From: an uncultured delta proteobacterium
Lineage (GTDB): Bacteria > Desulfobacterota > RBG-13-43-22
Assembly (NCBI GenBank): GCA_963802945.1
Contig: CAWDKY010000017.1
Location: forward strand, 256,001 to 320,000
Direction: 5' to 3'
DNA length: 64,000 bases
Below are positions 10,057 to 19,900 of the stretch, piece by piece (positions within the stretch are counted from its first letter, which is position 1; each line of letters begins with the position of its first letter). The position numbers were made by a program, and so were the translations under genes. The notes below the pieces were generated by a model. That model was not told the origin of the DNA, searched no databases, and was given only the letters and a program-made list of their open reading frames with translations.

Positions 10057-11064
10057 ATGATCCGGATGGGCGTGATTGGTTATGGGTATTGGGGACCCAA
10101 TTTGGTCCGTAATTTTCTGGAAGTCCCTGGGGTAGAAGTTAGGGCTGTTAGTGAGTTAAAAACCGAAAGGTTGGCCCTGGTAAAACGTCGTTATCCTATC
10201 ATTACGGCAACACCCCATTCCCTTGATTTAATTAAGGACCCAAATATTGATGCCATCGTGATTGCTACGCCAACCTCAATTCATTTTGATCTGGCCTGGC
10301 AAGCTCTTCAGGCAGGGAAACATGTCTTGGTGGAAAAACCTTTGGTCCTGACCTCTGATCAGGCCGAACGTTTGATTGAGGAAGCGGCTTGCCGGAATCG
10401 GGTTTTAATGGTTGACCATACCTTCGTTTATACTTCTGCGGTGAAAAAAATTAAAGAATTGATAGACCAAAAAGAACTGGGAGAAATCTATTATTATGAT
10501 TCGATGCGGGTTAATTTAGGGCTCTTCAGGCATGACATGAATGTGTTATGGGATTTGGCCGTCCATGACTTTTCGATCATGGATTATGTTCTTCCATCAA
10601 AACCCATAGCTGTTTCGGCTTCCGGGATACAACACATTCCAGGAGAACTTGAAAATGTTGCCTACCTAACCTTGTTTTTTAAAGATTCTTTAATTGCTCA
10701 TGTTAATGTTAATTGGTTATCCCCGGTAAAGGTGCGTCACACTTTAATCGGCGGCAGTCTAAAAATGATTGTTTATAACGACTTGGAACCCACAGAAAAA
10801 GTGAAAGTGTATGATAAAGGGATAGCGGTTGCTGACAGCCACGAGAAGCGCTATCAAATGCTAATCGGATACCGGGAGGGAGATATGTGGGCTCCCCACC
10901 TGGACGTCAACGAGGCCTTGTTGTCTGAAGCCCTTCATTTTATTCAGTGTATTGAGCAGGGCTCCCCCCCTCTTACCGGTGGGGAGTCCGGCTTGCGGGT
11001 AATTCGTATTTTGGAAGCCGCCTCACGCTCTATGGCAGATCGATGTCGGATTATATCCATTTAA
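10057..11064 (+). CDS. Gfo/Idh/MocA NAD-dependent oxidoreductase (sugar-nucleotide 3-dehydrogenase-like)
   Basis: GVIGYGYWG, KHVLVEKP, MVDHTF, WDLAVHD. Confidence 0.9.
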   Translation: MIRMGVIGYGYWGPNLVRNFLEVPGVEVRAVSELKTERLALVKRRYPIITATPHSLDLIKDPNIDAIVIATPTSIHFDLAWQALQAGKHVLVEKPLVLTSDQAERLIEEAACRNRVLMVDHTFVYTSAVKKIKELIDQKELGEIYYYDSMRVNLGLFRHDMNVLWDLAVHDFSIMDYVLPSKPIAVSASGIQHIPGELENVAYLTLFFKDSLIAHVNVNWLSPVKVRHTLIGGSLKMIVYNDLEPTEKVKVYDKGIAVADSHEKRYQMLIGYREGDMWAPHLDVNEALLSEALHFIQCIEQGSPPLTGGESGLRVIRILEAASRSMADRCRIISI

Positions 11065-11075
11065 TTCTTCAATTC

Positions 11076-11360
11076 TTGAGGAGACATAAGCTGCTCATCC
11101 TATTGCTGTTATCAGCTTGGTGCCTGCGGATCATCCTGGACTTGAATGGGGGTCACTTCTATTGACCGGATGAGATGCGCTACTGCCGGGCGTGGAAATT
11201 ACTTTACTATTTTTCCAAGGGAAATTTTGGGAAAGCAATAGACGTCACTTTGACCGGTTCACATGGGTCTGGAGGATTTTTCCTCCTGGCCGCCATTCCT
11301 GCTCTTTTTCAATATGGCTTAATTTATTTAAAAAATCTTTCTCTAACTTTAGTTTCGGTT
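11076..11360 (+). pseudogene. 5' remnant of a GT-C-like membrane protein
   Basis: LLILLLLSAWCLRIILDLNGGHFY*PDEMRY: TM followed by a DE motif; in-frame TGA at 11163, truncated. Confidence 0.5.
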
Positions 11361-11373
11361 AAGGAAACCCATA

Positions 11374-11665
11374 ATGCAGTTCATCCCTTTTATAGACTTG
11401 AAAGCTCAATATCGGAGCATTAAAGAAGAAATAAACCAGGCGATCTCCCAGCGTGCTGGAAAGCAGCTAATTTATTTTAGGGGAGGAAGTGGCTGCCTTT
11501 GAAGAGGCGCTTGCTGCCTATTTTGAAACAAGATATGGAATCGCCATTAATTCAGGTACCAGTGCCTTGCATCTGGCCTTATTGGCTGCTAACCTAGGCC
11601 CCGGCGATGAAGTAATTACTATCCCATTCACCTTTGTGGCTACCGTAGCGGCTATTGGACAGACA
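11374..11665 (+). pseudogene. degenerate 5' copy of a DegT-family aminotransferase
   Basis: MQFIPFIDLKAQYRSIKEEINQAI, frameshift and stop, then AAFEEA..NSGTSALHLALLA..PFTFVATVAAI; similar to 14321 onward. Confidence 0.9.
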
Positions 11666-11760
11666 AATTGTCCAAAGACTAATTTATGGGGTGGTACCAC
11701 TTTTGGGGGCAGGTCAACTGAGGAACGAGTTGATACGATTGAACCAAAGCATAAGAAGAA

Positions 11761-13194
11761 ATGTTATTTAACTCATTTACATTTTTAATTTTTCTATCAA
11801 CAGTATTCTTATTGTATTGGTTCGTCTTTCAGGAAAAAATAAAATTACAGAATTTTTTTATTCTTACGATCAGCTACTTGTTTTATGGCTGGTGGGATTG
11901 GAGATTTTTATTTTTGATTCTTCTGTGTTCAGGAATAAACTATCTCGGAGGAGTAGTATTAGCCTCTAATGAAAACCAGAAGAATAGAAAGTTAATACTT
12001 GTACTATCTTGTATTTTCAGTTTAGGTTTACTCGGCGTTTTTAAATATTTCAATTTTTTCATTGACAATTTCATAAATGCATTTGCTTTAGTCGGCATCC
12101 ATCTACAAGCAAGAATATTCAACGTTCTTCTTCCTGTGGGAATAAGTTTTTATACCTTAAAAGCGTTAAGCTATACCATTGACGTTTATAAAAGGAAGTT
12201 GGAACCAACAAAAGACATCATCGCATTTTTCTCCTTTGTCGGGTTTTTTCCGCAACTGTTGGCGGGACCTATTGACCGAGCCACAAATCTCCTACCTCAA
12301 TTTTATATAAAACGAACATTTGAATATGATAAAGCCGTTGATGGTATGCGCCAAATTCTATGGGGTTTTTTCAAAAAAATTGTGATTGCTGACAACTGTG
12401 CTATATATGTAAATAGAATTTTTACTGGCTACGAAACATTGCCTGCCAGTACATTGATATTAGGCGGGGTTTACTTCGCATTTCAGATATACGGCGACTT
12501 TTCAGGATATTCAGATATTGCAATTGGAACTTCTCGGCTGTTTGGTTTTAGTTCAATGCAAAACTTTAGCGTACCTTACTTTTCGCGAGACATTGCTGAA
12601 TTTTGGCGACGATGGCACATATCGCTTACTAGGTGGTTCAGAGATTATTTATACATTCCTTTGGGTGGTAATAGAGGAACTAAATATCAAGTTGTCAGGA
12701 ACACATTTATCATTTTTTTAGTATGCGGTTTTTGGCATGGAGCAAACTGGACATTTATTGCTTGGGGATTAATCAACGCTCTTTATTTTCTGCCTTTGCT
12801 CTTATTGGGGAAAAACAGAAAGAATACAGACACAGTGGCTCAGGGCAAAATATTACCAAATATAAAAGAGTTGCTTCAAATGGGAATAACATTTGTATTC
12901 GCTGTTCTGGCCTGGATATTTTTTAGAGCTGACAGCATTAGTCAAGCATTCTCATACGTTGGGAAAATCTTTGCAAAATCATTGATTACTGCCCCTAGAG
13001 GTTCAAACGTTAAGCTGATTTTACCTCTGCTATTAATCCTGGTACTGATAGAATGGTTGCAGAGAGACAAGCAACATGGATTGGAAGACTTAAAAATACA
13101 CCCTATTCTGAGATGGGCTGTATATATACTCATTTGTGTTTTATGTATTGCGTATTACGAACAGGACCAACAATTCATTTACTTTCAATTCTAG
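11761..13194 (+). CDS. MBOAT O-acyltransferase (AlgI/PatA/DltB family)
   Basis: MLFNS, LPVGISFYT, FFPQLLAGPI, DFSGYSDIAIG, FWRRWHISL, GFWHGANWTF, C-terminal FIYFQF. Confidence 0.95.
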   Translation: MLFNSFTFLIFLSTVFLLYWFVFQEKIKLQNFFILTISYLFYGWWDWRFLFLILLCSGINYLGGVVLASNENQKNRKLILVLSCIFSLGLLGVFKYFNFFIDNFINAFALVGIHLQARIFNVLLPVGISFYTLKALSYTIDVYKRKLEPTKDIIAFFSFVGFFPQLLAGPIDRATNLLPQFYIKRTFEYDKAVDGMRQILWGFFKKIVIADNCAIYVNRIFTGYETLPASTLILGGVYFAFQIYGDFSGYSDIAIGTSRLFGFSSMQNFSVPYFSRDIAEFWRRWHISLTRWFRDYLYIPLGGNRGTKYQVVRNTFIIFLVCGFWHGANWTFIAWGLINALYFLPLLLLGKNRKNTDTVAQGKILPNIKELLQMGITFVFAVLAWIFFRADSISQAFSYVGKIFAKSLITAPRGSNVKLILPLLLILVLIEWLQRDKQHGLEDLKIHPILRWAVYILICVLCIAYYEQDQQFIYFQF

Positions 13195-13200
13195 TGCCTT

Positions 13201-14148
13201 ATGAAAACATTCTTAATAAAAATAGTATTTTTCACTTTTATTATAATAGCTATATTATGTGTGGCTTTATTTTGGATTAAAAACCCAGATGTTAACGAAA
13301 GCTTAATGGGGGCATTACCCGACAAACATAAGCTTTTGAAAAATGCACAATCCCCCAAAATAGTTTTTGTTGGTGGTTCTAATTTGAGCTTTGGTTTGGA
13401 TAGCAGTAGAATTTCAGATGAGTTTCAAATGCCGGTTGTTAATATGGGCATCATGAGTAGTATTGGATTACGCTATATGATGAATGACGTGCTGCCGTAT
13501 ATAAAGAAAAATGATGTTGTTGTTTTAGTTTCTGAGTACTCAGAATTTTACTCACCGGAGTATTACGGAGAAATAGGGTTAGTTGCGATATTATTTGATA
13601 TATTCCCACAGGGCAAACAATTCATTTCTATTCAACAGTGGCAAAAATTAGCGCCCTATGTGTTTAAGTATAGTGCGATTAAAATAAAAAATATTCCATT
13701 GAGTTTAGTAAATAAATTTATGCCTAAATCCACAACAATTGGTATTTATGACAGGCAGTCTTTTAACAATTTTGGAGATGCATATATCCACTGGGATAAA
13801 CCGAGCAAAATCGTAAGTTGTGATAAAAAAGGTTCAGGGGAAGAGACAGTAAATGCATTTGTATTCTCGGAAATTAAAGAATTCAAAAACCATTTACAAA
13901 AAAAAGATGCAGAGTTGATTATGCTTCCTCCTGTATATCAGGAATGTTCCTTTAATAACCAGCAATATATAATCAATCAAATTGAAACACAATTAAAGGA
14001 AAACAATTTAGCATATTTAACTGCCCCTTTGCGTTATAGGTTTGCTGATTTTTTATTTTACAATACGCCTTATCACTTAAATAAACAAGGTGTGGATTTA
14101 CGAACAGACAGAGTAATAGAAGACTTGAGAATGCGAATTCGAAAATGA
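13201..14148 (+). CDS. membrane-anchored SGNH-like O-acyltransferase partner (PatB/DltD-like)
   Basis: N-terminal TM, VFVGGSN, VNMG, FYNTPYHLN; follows the MBOAT. Confidence 0.75.
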   Translation: MKTFLIKIVFFTFIIIAILCVALFWIKNPDVNESLMGALPDKHKLLKNAQSPKIVFVGGSNLSFGLDSSRISDEFQMPVVNMGIMSSIGLRYMMNDVLPYIKKNDVVVLVSEYSEFYSPEYYGEIGLVAILFDIFPQGKQFISIQQWQKLAPYVFKYSAIKIKNIPLSLVNKFMPKSTTIGIYDRQSFNNFGDAYIHWDKPSKIVSCDKKGSGEETVNAFVFSEIKEFKNHLQKKDAELIMLPPVYQECSFNNQQYIINQIETQLKENNLAYLTAPLRYRFADFLFYNTPYHLNKQGVDLRTDRVIEDLRMRIRK

Positions 14149-14288
14149 CTGAGGCCCTTCATTTTATTCAGTGTATTGAAAAGAAATAACCTTCTTTTAA
14201 CGATGGGGAAGCAGGGCTGCTGGCAGTTCGTATTTTGGAAGCAGCCTCCCGATCCATGGCCGAACAATGTCGGGCAATACCGATTTAA
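14149..14288 (+). repeat. degenerate 140-bp duplicate of the 3' end of the Gfo/Idh/MocA gene (10925..11064)
   Basis: Both copies share GCCCTTCATTTTATTCAGTGTATTGA and TTCGTATTTTGGAAGC and end in ATTTAA; the second copy has an in-frame stop. Confidence 0.9.
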
Positions 14289-14320
14289 ATATTAAACTTT
14301 TTTAGTTCAGGAGGTTAATA

Positions 14321-15436
14321 ATGGCCGTAATCCCTTTCGGAGACCTGAAAACTCAGTATCATAGCATTAAAGAAGAAATTGACCAGGCGATTGCCAGGGT
14401 GTTGGAAAGCAGCCAGTTTATATTGGGCGATGAAGTGGCTGCCTTTGAAGAAGAATTTGCCGCTTACTCCGGAGCGCGATTTGGAATTGGTGTAAATTCC
14501 GGTACCAGCGCTTTACATCTGGCCTTGTTGGCAGCCGGAATAGGCAAGGGAGAAGAAGTGATTACCGTGCCCTTTACCTTCGTGGCCACCGTAGCGGCGA
14601 TTGAATATACAGGGGCCCGTCCGGTTTTTGTAGATATCGATTCTCGGTCATACACTATGAACGTGAACCAGATAGAGGGAAAAATCACCGAAAGAACCAA
14701 AGCAATTCTTCCGGTACATCTTTACGGACAGGCGGCGGACATGGATCCCATCTTGGAAATTGCTCGACGCCATAACCTGTTGGTAATTGAAGATGCCGCC
14801 CAGGCCCATGGAGCCGAATACAAGGGCCGAAGAGTAGGGGGGATCGGTCATCTGGGATGCTTCAGTTTTTATCCAGGGAAAAATCTGGGCGCCTATGGTG
14901 AGGGAGGCATGATAGTCACCAATAACTCGGAGTATAATAAGGTCATCCGCATGTTGCGTGATTGGGGTCAGGACCGGAAATATTCTCATTTGATAAAAGG
15001 GTTTAATTCCCGTATGGAGGGATTACAAGGTGCCGTCCTGCGGGTTAAATTGCGCCATCTTGAAACCTGGACGGAGGCCCGGCGGACCCATGCGGATGCG
15101 TATTGTAAAGGGCTAATGAAGTGTGATTTGTGGTTACCGGAAGAGATGCCTTATGCCCGTCATGTCTATCATGTTTTTTCCATTCGTTCCCCCAAAAGGA
15201 ATGTGCTACAACAAAAATTGCAGACAAGGGGTATTCAAACAGGTATCCATTATCCGCTGCCGGTTCACTTGCAGGAGGCCTATTCCGACTTGGGGTACAC
15301 CAGGGGCGATTTCCCCCTTTCAGAGTCGGCTGCCGGAGAAGTTTTTTCTCTACCTTTATACCCTGAGATGAGTAAGACCCAAATAGCCTTAGTATGTGAT
15401 ACCTTAGAAGAAGGTTTAAAAACAGATTGTGCCTAA
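14321..15436 (+). CDS. DegT/DnrJ/EryC1/StrS PLP aminotransferase (WbpE/FdtB-like)
   Basis: NSGTSALHLAL, PVHLYG, EDAAQAHG, SFYPGKNLGAYGEGG. Confidence 0.95.
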   Translation: MAVIPFGDLKTQYHSIKEEIDQAIARVLESSQFILGDEVAAFEEEFAAYSGARFGIGVNSGTSALHLALLAAGIGKGEEVITVPFTFVATVAAIEYTGARPVFVDIDSRSYTMNVNQIEGKITERTKAILPVHLYGQAADMDPILEIARRHNLLVIEDAAQAHGAEYKGRRVGGIGHLGCFSFYPGKNLGAYGEGGMIVTNNSEYNKVIRMLRDWGQDRKYSHLIKGFNSRMEGLQGAVLRVKLRHLETWTEARRTHADAYCKGLMKCDLWLPEEMPYARHVYHVFSIRSPKRNVLQQKLQTRGIQTGIHYPLPVHLQEAYSDLGYTRGDFPLSESAAGEVFSLPLYPEMSKTQIALVCDTLEEGLKTDCA

Positions 15437-15458
15437 AAAATTTAAAAAGGGATGACTT

Positions 15459-16229
15459 GTGTCCAGTCCAATTGAGATCATAAAAAATTTTTGGGAAGGG
15501 AAGGCCTTGGATTCAACCTTATCCGAGGATTTGGTTACCCACCGTGATAAAAATCAGCGGTTATTAGAGATTGAAATTTTATCCGCTTATTTGCCCTACG
15601 GACAGCGTATCCTCGATGTCGGCTGCGGGAACGGCTTTTCAACAGCCCTGTTTTCCAAACAGGCCGGGCATATTATCGGTATAGATTATTCCCCGGCAAT
15701 GATTGAAAGGGCTAAAAAGGAATTCGGCCGGCTCCCGAATGTGGAGTTCAAGGTTCAAGATGTACAAAATCTGAAATTCCTTGACCATTATTTTGATGTG
15801 GTGATTTCACAACGCTGCCTGATTAACCTGGGAACCTGGGAGAATCAGCAAAAGGCCTTCGGCCAGATCAAAAGGGTTTTAAAATCCAAGGGATTTTTCT
15901 TCCTCCAGGAAGGAACGCGACAGGGCAGGGAAAGGTTGAATCAGGTCAGAGAGCTGTTCGGACTGGAACGTATGCCCGATGTGCCATTTAATCTTGATTT
16001 TGATGAAGAGAAGCTCTGGCCCTTTCTCCGGCAGTATTTTGATATTATCGAGATTCGACGGTTTGGACTTTACGATTTGATTTCCAGGGTGATTCATCCC
16101 CTGCTGGTCAGCCCTGAAGAACCTAACTATAATGCCCGGATTAATGAGATTGCCAGGCATATTTCGAAATTACGGGGCATGGAGGAGTTGAGCCGGGAAT
16201 TCAGTGCCTTTTTGCGAAGCGGGGATTAA
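15459..16229 (+). CDS. class I SAM-dependent methyltransferase
   Basis: ILDVGCGNG, GIDYS, FDVVISQRCLINL. Confidence 0.85.
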   Translation: MSSPIEIIKNFWEGKALDSTLSEDLVTHRDKNQRLLEIEILSAYLPYGQRILDVGCGNGFSTALFSKQAGHIIGIDYSPAMIERAKKEFGRLPNVEFKVQDVQNLKFLDHYFDVVISQRCLINLGTWENQQKAFGQIKRVLKSKGFFFLQEGTRQGRERLNQVRELFGLERMPDVPFNLDFDEEKLWPFLRQYFDIIEIRRFGLYDLISRVIHPLLVSPEEPNYNARINEIARHISKLRGMEELSREFSAFLRSGD

Positions 16230-16373
16230 GGGAGAAAAGGGCTAAATCTGTTTGTCCCTAAGGGGTGCCACCAGATACGAAAATATCGAATATCGAATAT
16301 TAAATGATGAATCTCGTAGAAGGTAAAGATTCGTTACTTCTTAATTCGAAATTCGGTATTCGAGATTCAACTT

Positions 16374-16479
16374 GTAACTTGCTACGGGGCACCAAAAAGG
16401 ATGAGTTCGAGAAGCCCTTGGTTCCTCGATTAAAGAAATTTACCATTCGATACCCCGCAGCTTGCTGCGGGGAGCTTCA
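16374..16479 (+). mobile_element. 106-bp palindromic element, copy 1 (probable IS200/IS605-derived non-autonomous element)
   Basis: Matches 24181..24286 with 5 mismatches; ends in hairpin CCCCGCAGC-TT-GCTGCGGGG followed by AGCTTCA. Confidence 0.65.
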
Positions 16480-16504
16480 TTGGATCGATGAAAAGGAGAT
16501 TGGT

Positions 16505-17470
16505 GTGAATATTGAAAAAAGTCGCATCCTCATTACCGGGGGAGCGGGTTTGGTCGGGTCCCACATTGCAGACCTATTAACAAGCTTGGGGCCCAAGGAG
16601 ATTATTATCTTAGATAATTTTGTCCGGGGGAGGAGGGAAAACCTTTCCTGGGCAGTGGATCATGGCCCTTTAGCTATCATTGAAGGCGATATACGTGATA
16701 GAAACCAGTTGGCCAAAGTGATGAAAGGTATAGATGTGGTTTTCCATCAGGCAGCTATCCGTATCACCCAATGTGCCGAGGAACCGCGCTTGGCTTTGGA
16801 GGTGATGGCCGAAGGCCCCTTTAATGTATTAGAAGCGGCTGTTCAGGCCGGTGTGAAAAAAGTGGTGGCTGCATCATCTGCCTCGGTTTATGGCCTAGCT
16901 GAAACCTTCCCCACTCCGGAATCGCATCATTCCTATAATAATCGTACCCTTTATGGGGCGACAAAGGTTTTCAATGAAGGTCTTTTACGGAGCTTCCATG
17001 ATATGTATGGTCTCAACTATATTGGTTTGCGCTACTTTAATATTTATGGCCCTCGTATGGATGTCTATGGCGCCTATACGGAAGTTTTAATTCGATGGAT
17101 GGAGCGGATTGCCATGGGAGAACCGCCTTTAATATTTGGAGACGGTACTCAGACCATGGATTTTATATATATAGAGGATGTGGCCAGGGCCAACGTCTTA
17201 GCTGCCGAGGCTGAAGTGACCGATGAAGTTCTGAATATTGCCAGCGGAAAAGAAACCAGTCTTAATGAATTAGCCCAGGCCTTATTAAAAACTATGAGAT
17301 CCGATTTGCATGTCCAGTATGGCCCGGAACGCAAAGTTAATCCTGTTTCAAGACGCCTGGCTGATGTCGGTAGGGCCCAGCAGTTGATTGGTTTCGAGGC
17401 TCAAACCTCTTTGGAGCAGGGATTGGGCTTTTTGGTTGATTGGTGGCGGACTCAAAAGAAAGCTCTGTGA
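16505..17470 (+). CDS. NAD-dependent epimerase/dehydratase (extended SDR)
   Basis: ILITGGAGLVG, SSASVYG, YGATK, RYFNIYGP; GTG at 16505 after AAGGAG. Confidence 0.9.
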   Translation: MNIEKSRILITGGAGLVGSHIADLLTSLGPKEIIILDNFVRGRRENLSWAVDHGPLAIIEGDIRDRNQLAKVMKGIDVVFHQAAIRITQCAEEPRLALEVMAEGPFNVLEAAVQAGVKKVVAASSASVYGLAETFPTPESHHSYNNRTLYGATKVFNEGLLRSFHDMYGLNYIGLRYFNIYGPRMDVYGAYTEVLIRWMERIAMGEPPLIFGDGTQTMDFIYIEDVARANVLAAEAEVTDEVLNIASGKETSLNELAQALLKTMRSDLHVQYGPERKVNPVSRRLADVGRAQQLIGFEAQTSLEQGLGFLVDWWRTQKKAL

Positions 17471-17472
17471 AA

Positions 17473-18657
17473 ATGATCCCAATTATCAAACCCGTAATGG
17501 ATGAAGGAGAGATGGAGGCCGTAGGCCGTGTTATTCGGAGTGGGTGGGTTACCCAGGGACCGGAGGTGGCTGCTTTTGAACAAGCCTTTGCTTCCCAGGT
17601 AAAGGCGAAACATGCCTGTGCTGTCTCAAGTTGTACTGCTGCCTTGCATCTTGCCTTATTGGCTGTGGGGATTAGCCCAGGGGACGAAATTATTACTGTA
17701 AGCCATTCTTTTATTGCCACGGCCAACAGCATCCGTTATTGTGGGGCCAGGCCGGTTTTTGTTGATATCCAGCCAAAGACCTTTAATATCAATCCCTCAC
17801 TTATAGAAGAAGCCATCACTAATAGAACACGAGCCATTCTTTGTGTACATCAGATGGGCCTGCCCTGTGATCTTAAAAAAATTATCGATATTGCTCGGCG
17901 TCATGACCTTTTGGTTATCGAAGATGCCGCCTGTGCCATCGGGAGTGAGATCCTTTGGGACGGGAAATGGGAAAGAATCGGTAAACCTCATGGCGATATA
18001 GCCTGCTTTTCCTTCCATCCACGCAAAATAATCACCACCGGGGATGGGGGTATGATTACCACGGCCAATCCGGAATGGGATAAGAAGGTGCGTCTTCTTC
18101 GCCAACATGGAATGAGCATTCCCGATACGGTGCGACACGGTGCTCAGGAGGTAATTTTCGAGTCTTATCCTATAGTGGGATACAATTATCGTTTGACCGA
18201 TATTCAAGCGGCCATCGGAAAAGAACAACTCGGAAGGCTCCTGAAAATTATTGAGCGACGGCGGCATTTGGCCTCTGAATATTTGAGGTTGATAGCCGAT
18301 TTGTCCGGATTCGGTTTGCCGGTGGAACCCTCCTGGGCCAGAAGTAATTGGCAGAGTTTTTGTGTCCGTCTCCCTGATGGAACCGATCAGCGAGAAGTAA
18401 TGCAGATCATGTTGGATGCCGACATTTCCACCCGCCGTGGAATCATGTGTGCCCATAGGGAAAAGGCTTATGATCGAAAGGACTGGTCCTGCGGCATTTC
18501 CCCTGGAAAATGCCATTGTCCACCGAAGACCTGTGCTCGTCTCAGCCAAAGTGAGCAGGCACAAGACCGGGCAATTATTTTGCCTCTTTTTCATCAGATG
18601 ACTCATGATGAGCAGGAAAAGGTCGTCAGGACACTTAAAGAGGCTTGCAAGGTTTAG
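17473..18657 (+). CDS. DegT/ArnB-like PLP aminotransferase
   Basis: SGWVTQGP, SSCTAALHLAL, EDAACAIGS, SFHPRKIITTGDGG. Confidence 0.92.
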   Translation: MIPIIKPVMDEGEMEAVGRVIRSGWVTQGPEVAAFEQAFASQVKAKHACAVSSCTAALHLALLAVGISPGDEIITVSHSFIATANSIRYCGARPVFVDIQPKTFNINPSLIEEAITNRTRAILCVHQMGLPCDLKKIIDIARRHDLLVIEDAACAIGSEILWDGKWERIGKPHGDIACFSFHPRKIITTGDGGMITTANPEWDKKVRLLRQHGMSIPDTVRHGAQEVIFESYPIVGYNYRLTDIQAAIGKEQLGRLLKIIERRRHLASEYLRLIADLSGFGLPVEPSWARSNWQSFCVRLPDGTDQREVMQIMLDADISTRRGIMCAHREKAYDRKDWSCGISPGKCHCPPKTCARLSQSEQAQDRAIILPLFHQMTHDEQEKVVRTLKEACKV

Positions 18658-18824
18658 TGTGAAAATAGGGTTCAAGAATTCGAGGATTTAAAGAACTTGA
18701 TGCGGTATAGGGCTTACGGTTTTTCATTAAACCTTAAACCTTGAACTTTGCCAGGGCCCCTTGAATCCTTTGGTCAATTATTATGTTTCGTGGCCCCTCC
18801 CTCAAATGGGCCGGAAGGTTTAGT

Positions 18825-19790
18825 ATGAAGCATCCTTTACTTTCTATAGTGACTCCGGCTTTTAACGAGGCGGAGAATTTACCCATTTTATATGAACGTT
18901 TATCCCAGGTCCTGGAGACCTTGGGCTTGGAATGGGAATGGATTATAATCGATGACCATTCGCCGGATAATACCTTTGAGGTTATAACAAATTTGGCAAA
19001 AACGGATTCACGAATTCATGGTATTCGCTTTGCCAGGAATTTCGGCGCTCATAAGGCCATCGCCTGCGGACTGCATCAGGTGAAAGGCCAGGGTGTGGTT
19101 ATTATGGCGGCTGATTTGCAAGATCCTCCTGAAACGCTGCCGGCACTTTTGGAAAAATGGCGGAAAGGTGCTCAAGTGGTTTGGGCCGTTCGTCATTTAC
19201 GAGAAGGAGAAAAAAATTCCAAAGTTGGCTTTTCACGTCTATATTATTTCATGATGCGACGAATTATAGGGATAAAAGAAATACCGGCAACCGGTGCTGA
19301 TTTTTTCCTGGTCGATCGTGTTGTCGTTGAAGCCTTAAGGGAATTCAACGAAAGTAATGTGAGTATAATGGCCCTGATTACCTGGATGGGTTTTCGGCAA
19401 GACTTCATCTCTTATGATAAACAAGCACGAAAATTTGGCCATTCCGGGTGGGACCTGAAGAAAAAATTGAAACTAGTTGTAGATTCCATAACCTCATTTT
19501 CCTATCTGCCTATACGCCTTATGTCTTATCTGGGTTTCCTCGTTGCCTTAATAGGGCTGATTTATGCCGTGGTGATTATCGTTAATGCTTTAAAAGGCAA
19601 CCCGGTACAGGGTTGGTCATCTTTGATGTTAGTCGTATTGGTGATCGGCGGTTTTCAAATGATTATGATGGGTATCTTAGGGGAATACCTCTGGCGGTCT
19701 TTGGATGAGTCCAGGAGGCGGCCTATGTATATCATCGAAGCAATTACCGATTCTTTTCTTGCCCATGATAATTCGACTCAATTTTATTAA
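18825..19790 (+). CDS. polyprenyl-phosphate glycosyltransferase GT2 (GtrB/ArnC-like)
   Basis: SIVTPAFNE, IDDHS, RNFG, ADLQDPPE, two C-terminal TMs, GILGEYLWR..RRRPMY. Confidence 0.9.
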   Translation: MKHPLLSIVTPAFNEAENLPILYERLSQVLETLGLEWEWIIIDDHSPDNTFEVITNLAKTDSRIHGIRFARNFGAHKAIACGLHQVKGQGVVIMAADLQDPPETLPALLEKWRKGAQVVWAVRHLREGEKNSKVGFSRLYYFMMRRIIGIKEIPATGADFFLVDRVVVEALREFNESNVSIMALITWMGFRQDFISYDKQARKFGHSGWDLKKKLKLVVDSITSFSYLPIRLMSYLGFLVALIGLIYAVVIIVNALKGNPVQGWSSLMLVVLVIGGFQMIMMGILGEYLWRSLDESRRRPMYIIEAITDSFLAHDNSTQFY

Positions 19791-19900
19791 CAAACTATTT
19801 TTAAGGAAATGTCTCATTGTCCAAAATCCTGCCTGTTGATCAAACTTTGCAAAATTACCGCGGAATTAATAAATTTTAAAAAGAAACAAAGTGTCGATTT

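Noticed and set aside
11163-11165. In-frame TGA as selenocysteine or an alternative genetic code
   Set aside because: It looks like a Trp-to-stop change in a truncated membrane-gene remnant; TGA ends many genes normally here.
16304-16504. N-terminal extension of the epimerase ORF
   Set aside because: It is a translation of repeat and palindromic-element DNA; the RBS supports GTG at 16505.
17797-18675. 292-aa antisense ORF
   Set aside because: It is a shadow of the aminotransferase with no recognisable motifs.
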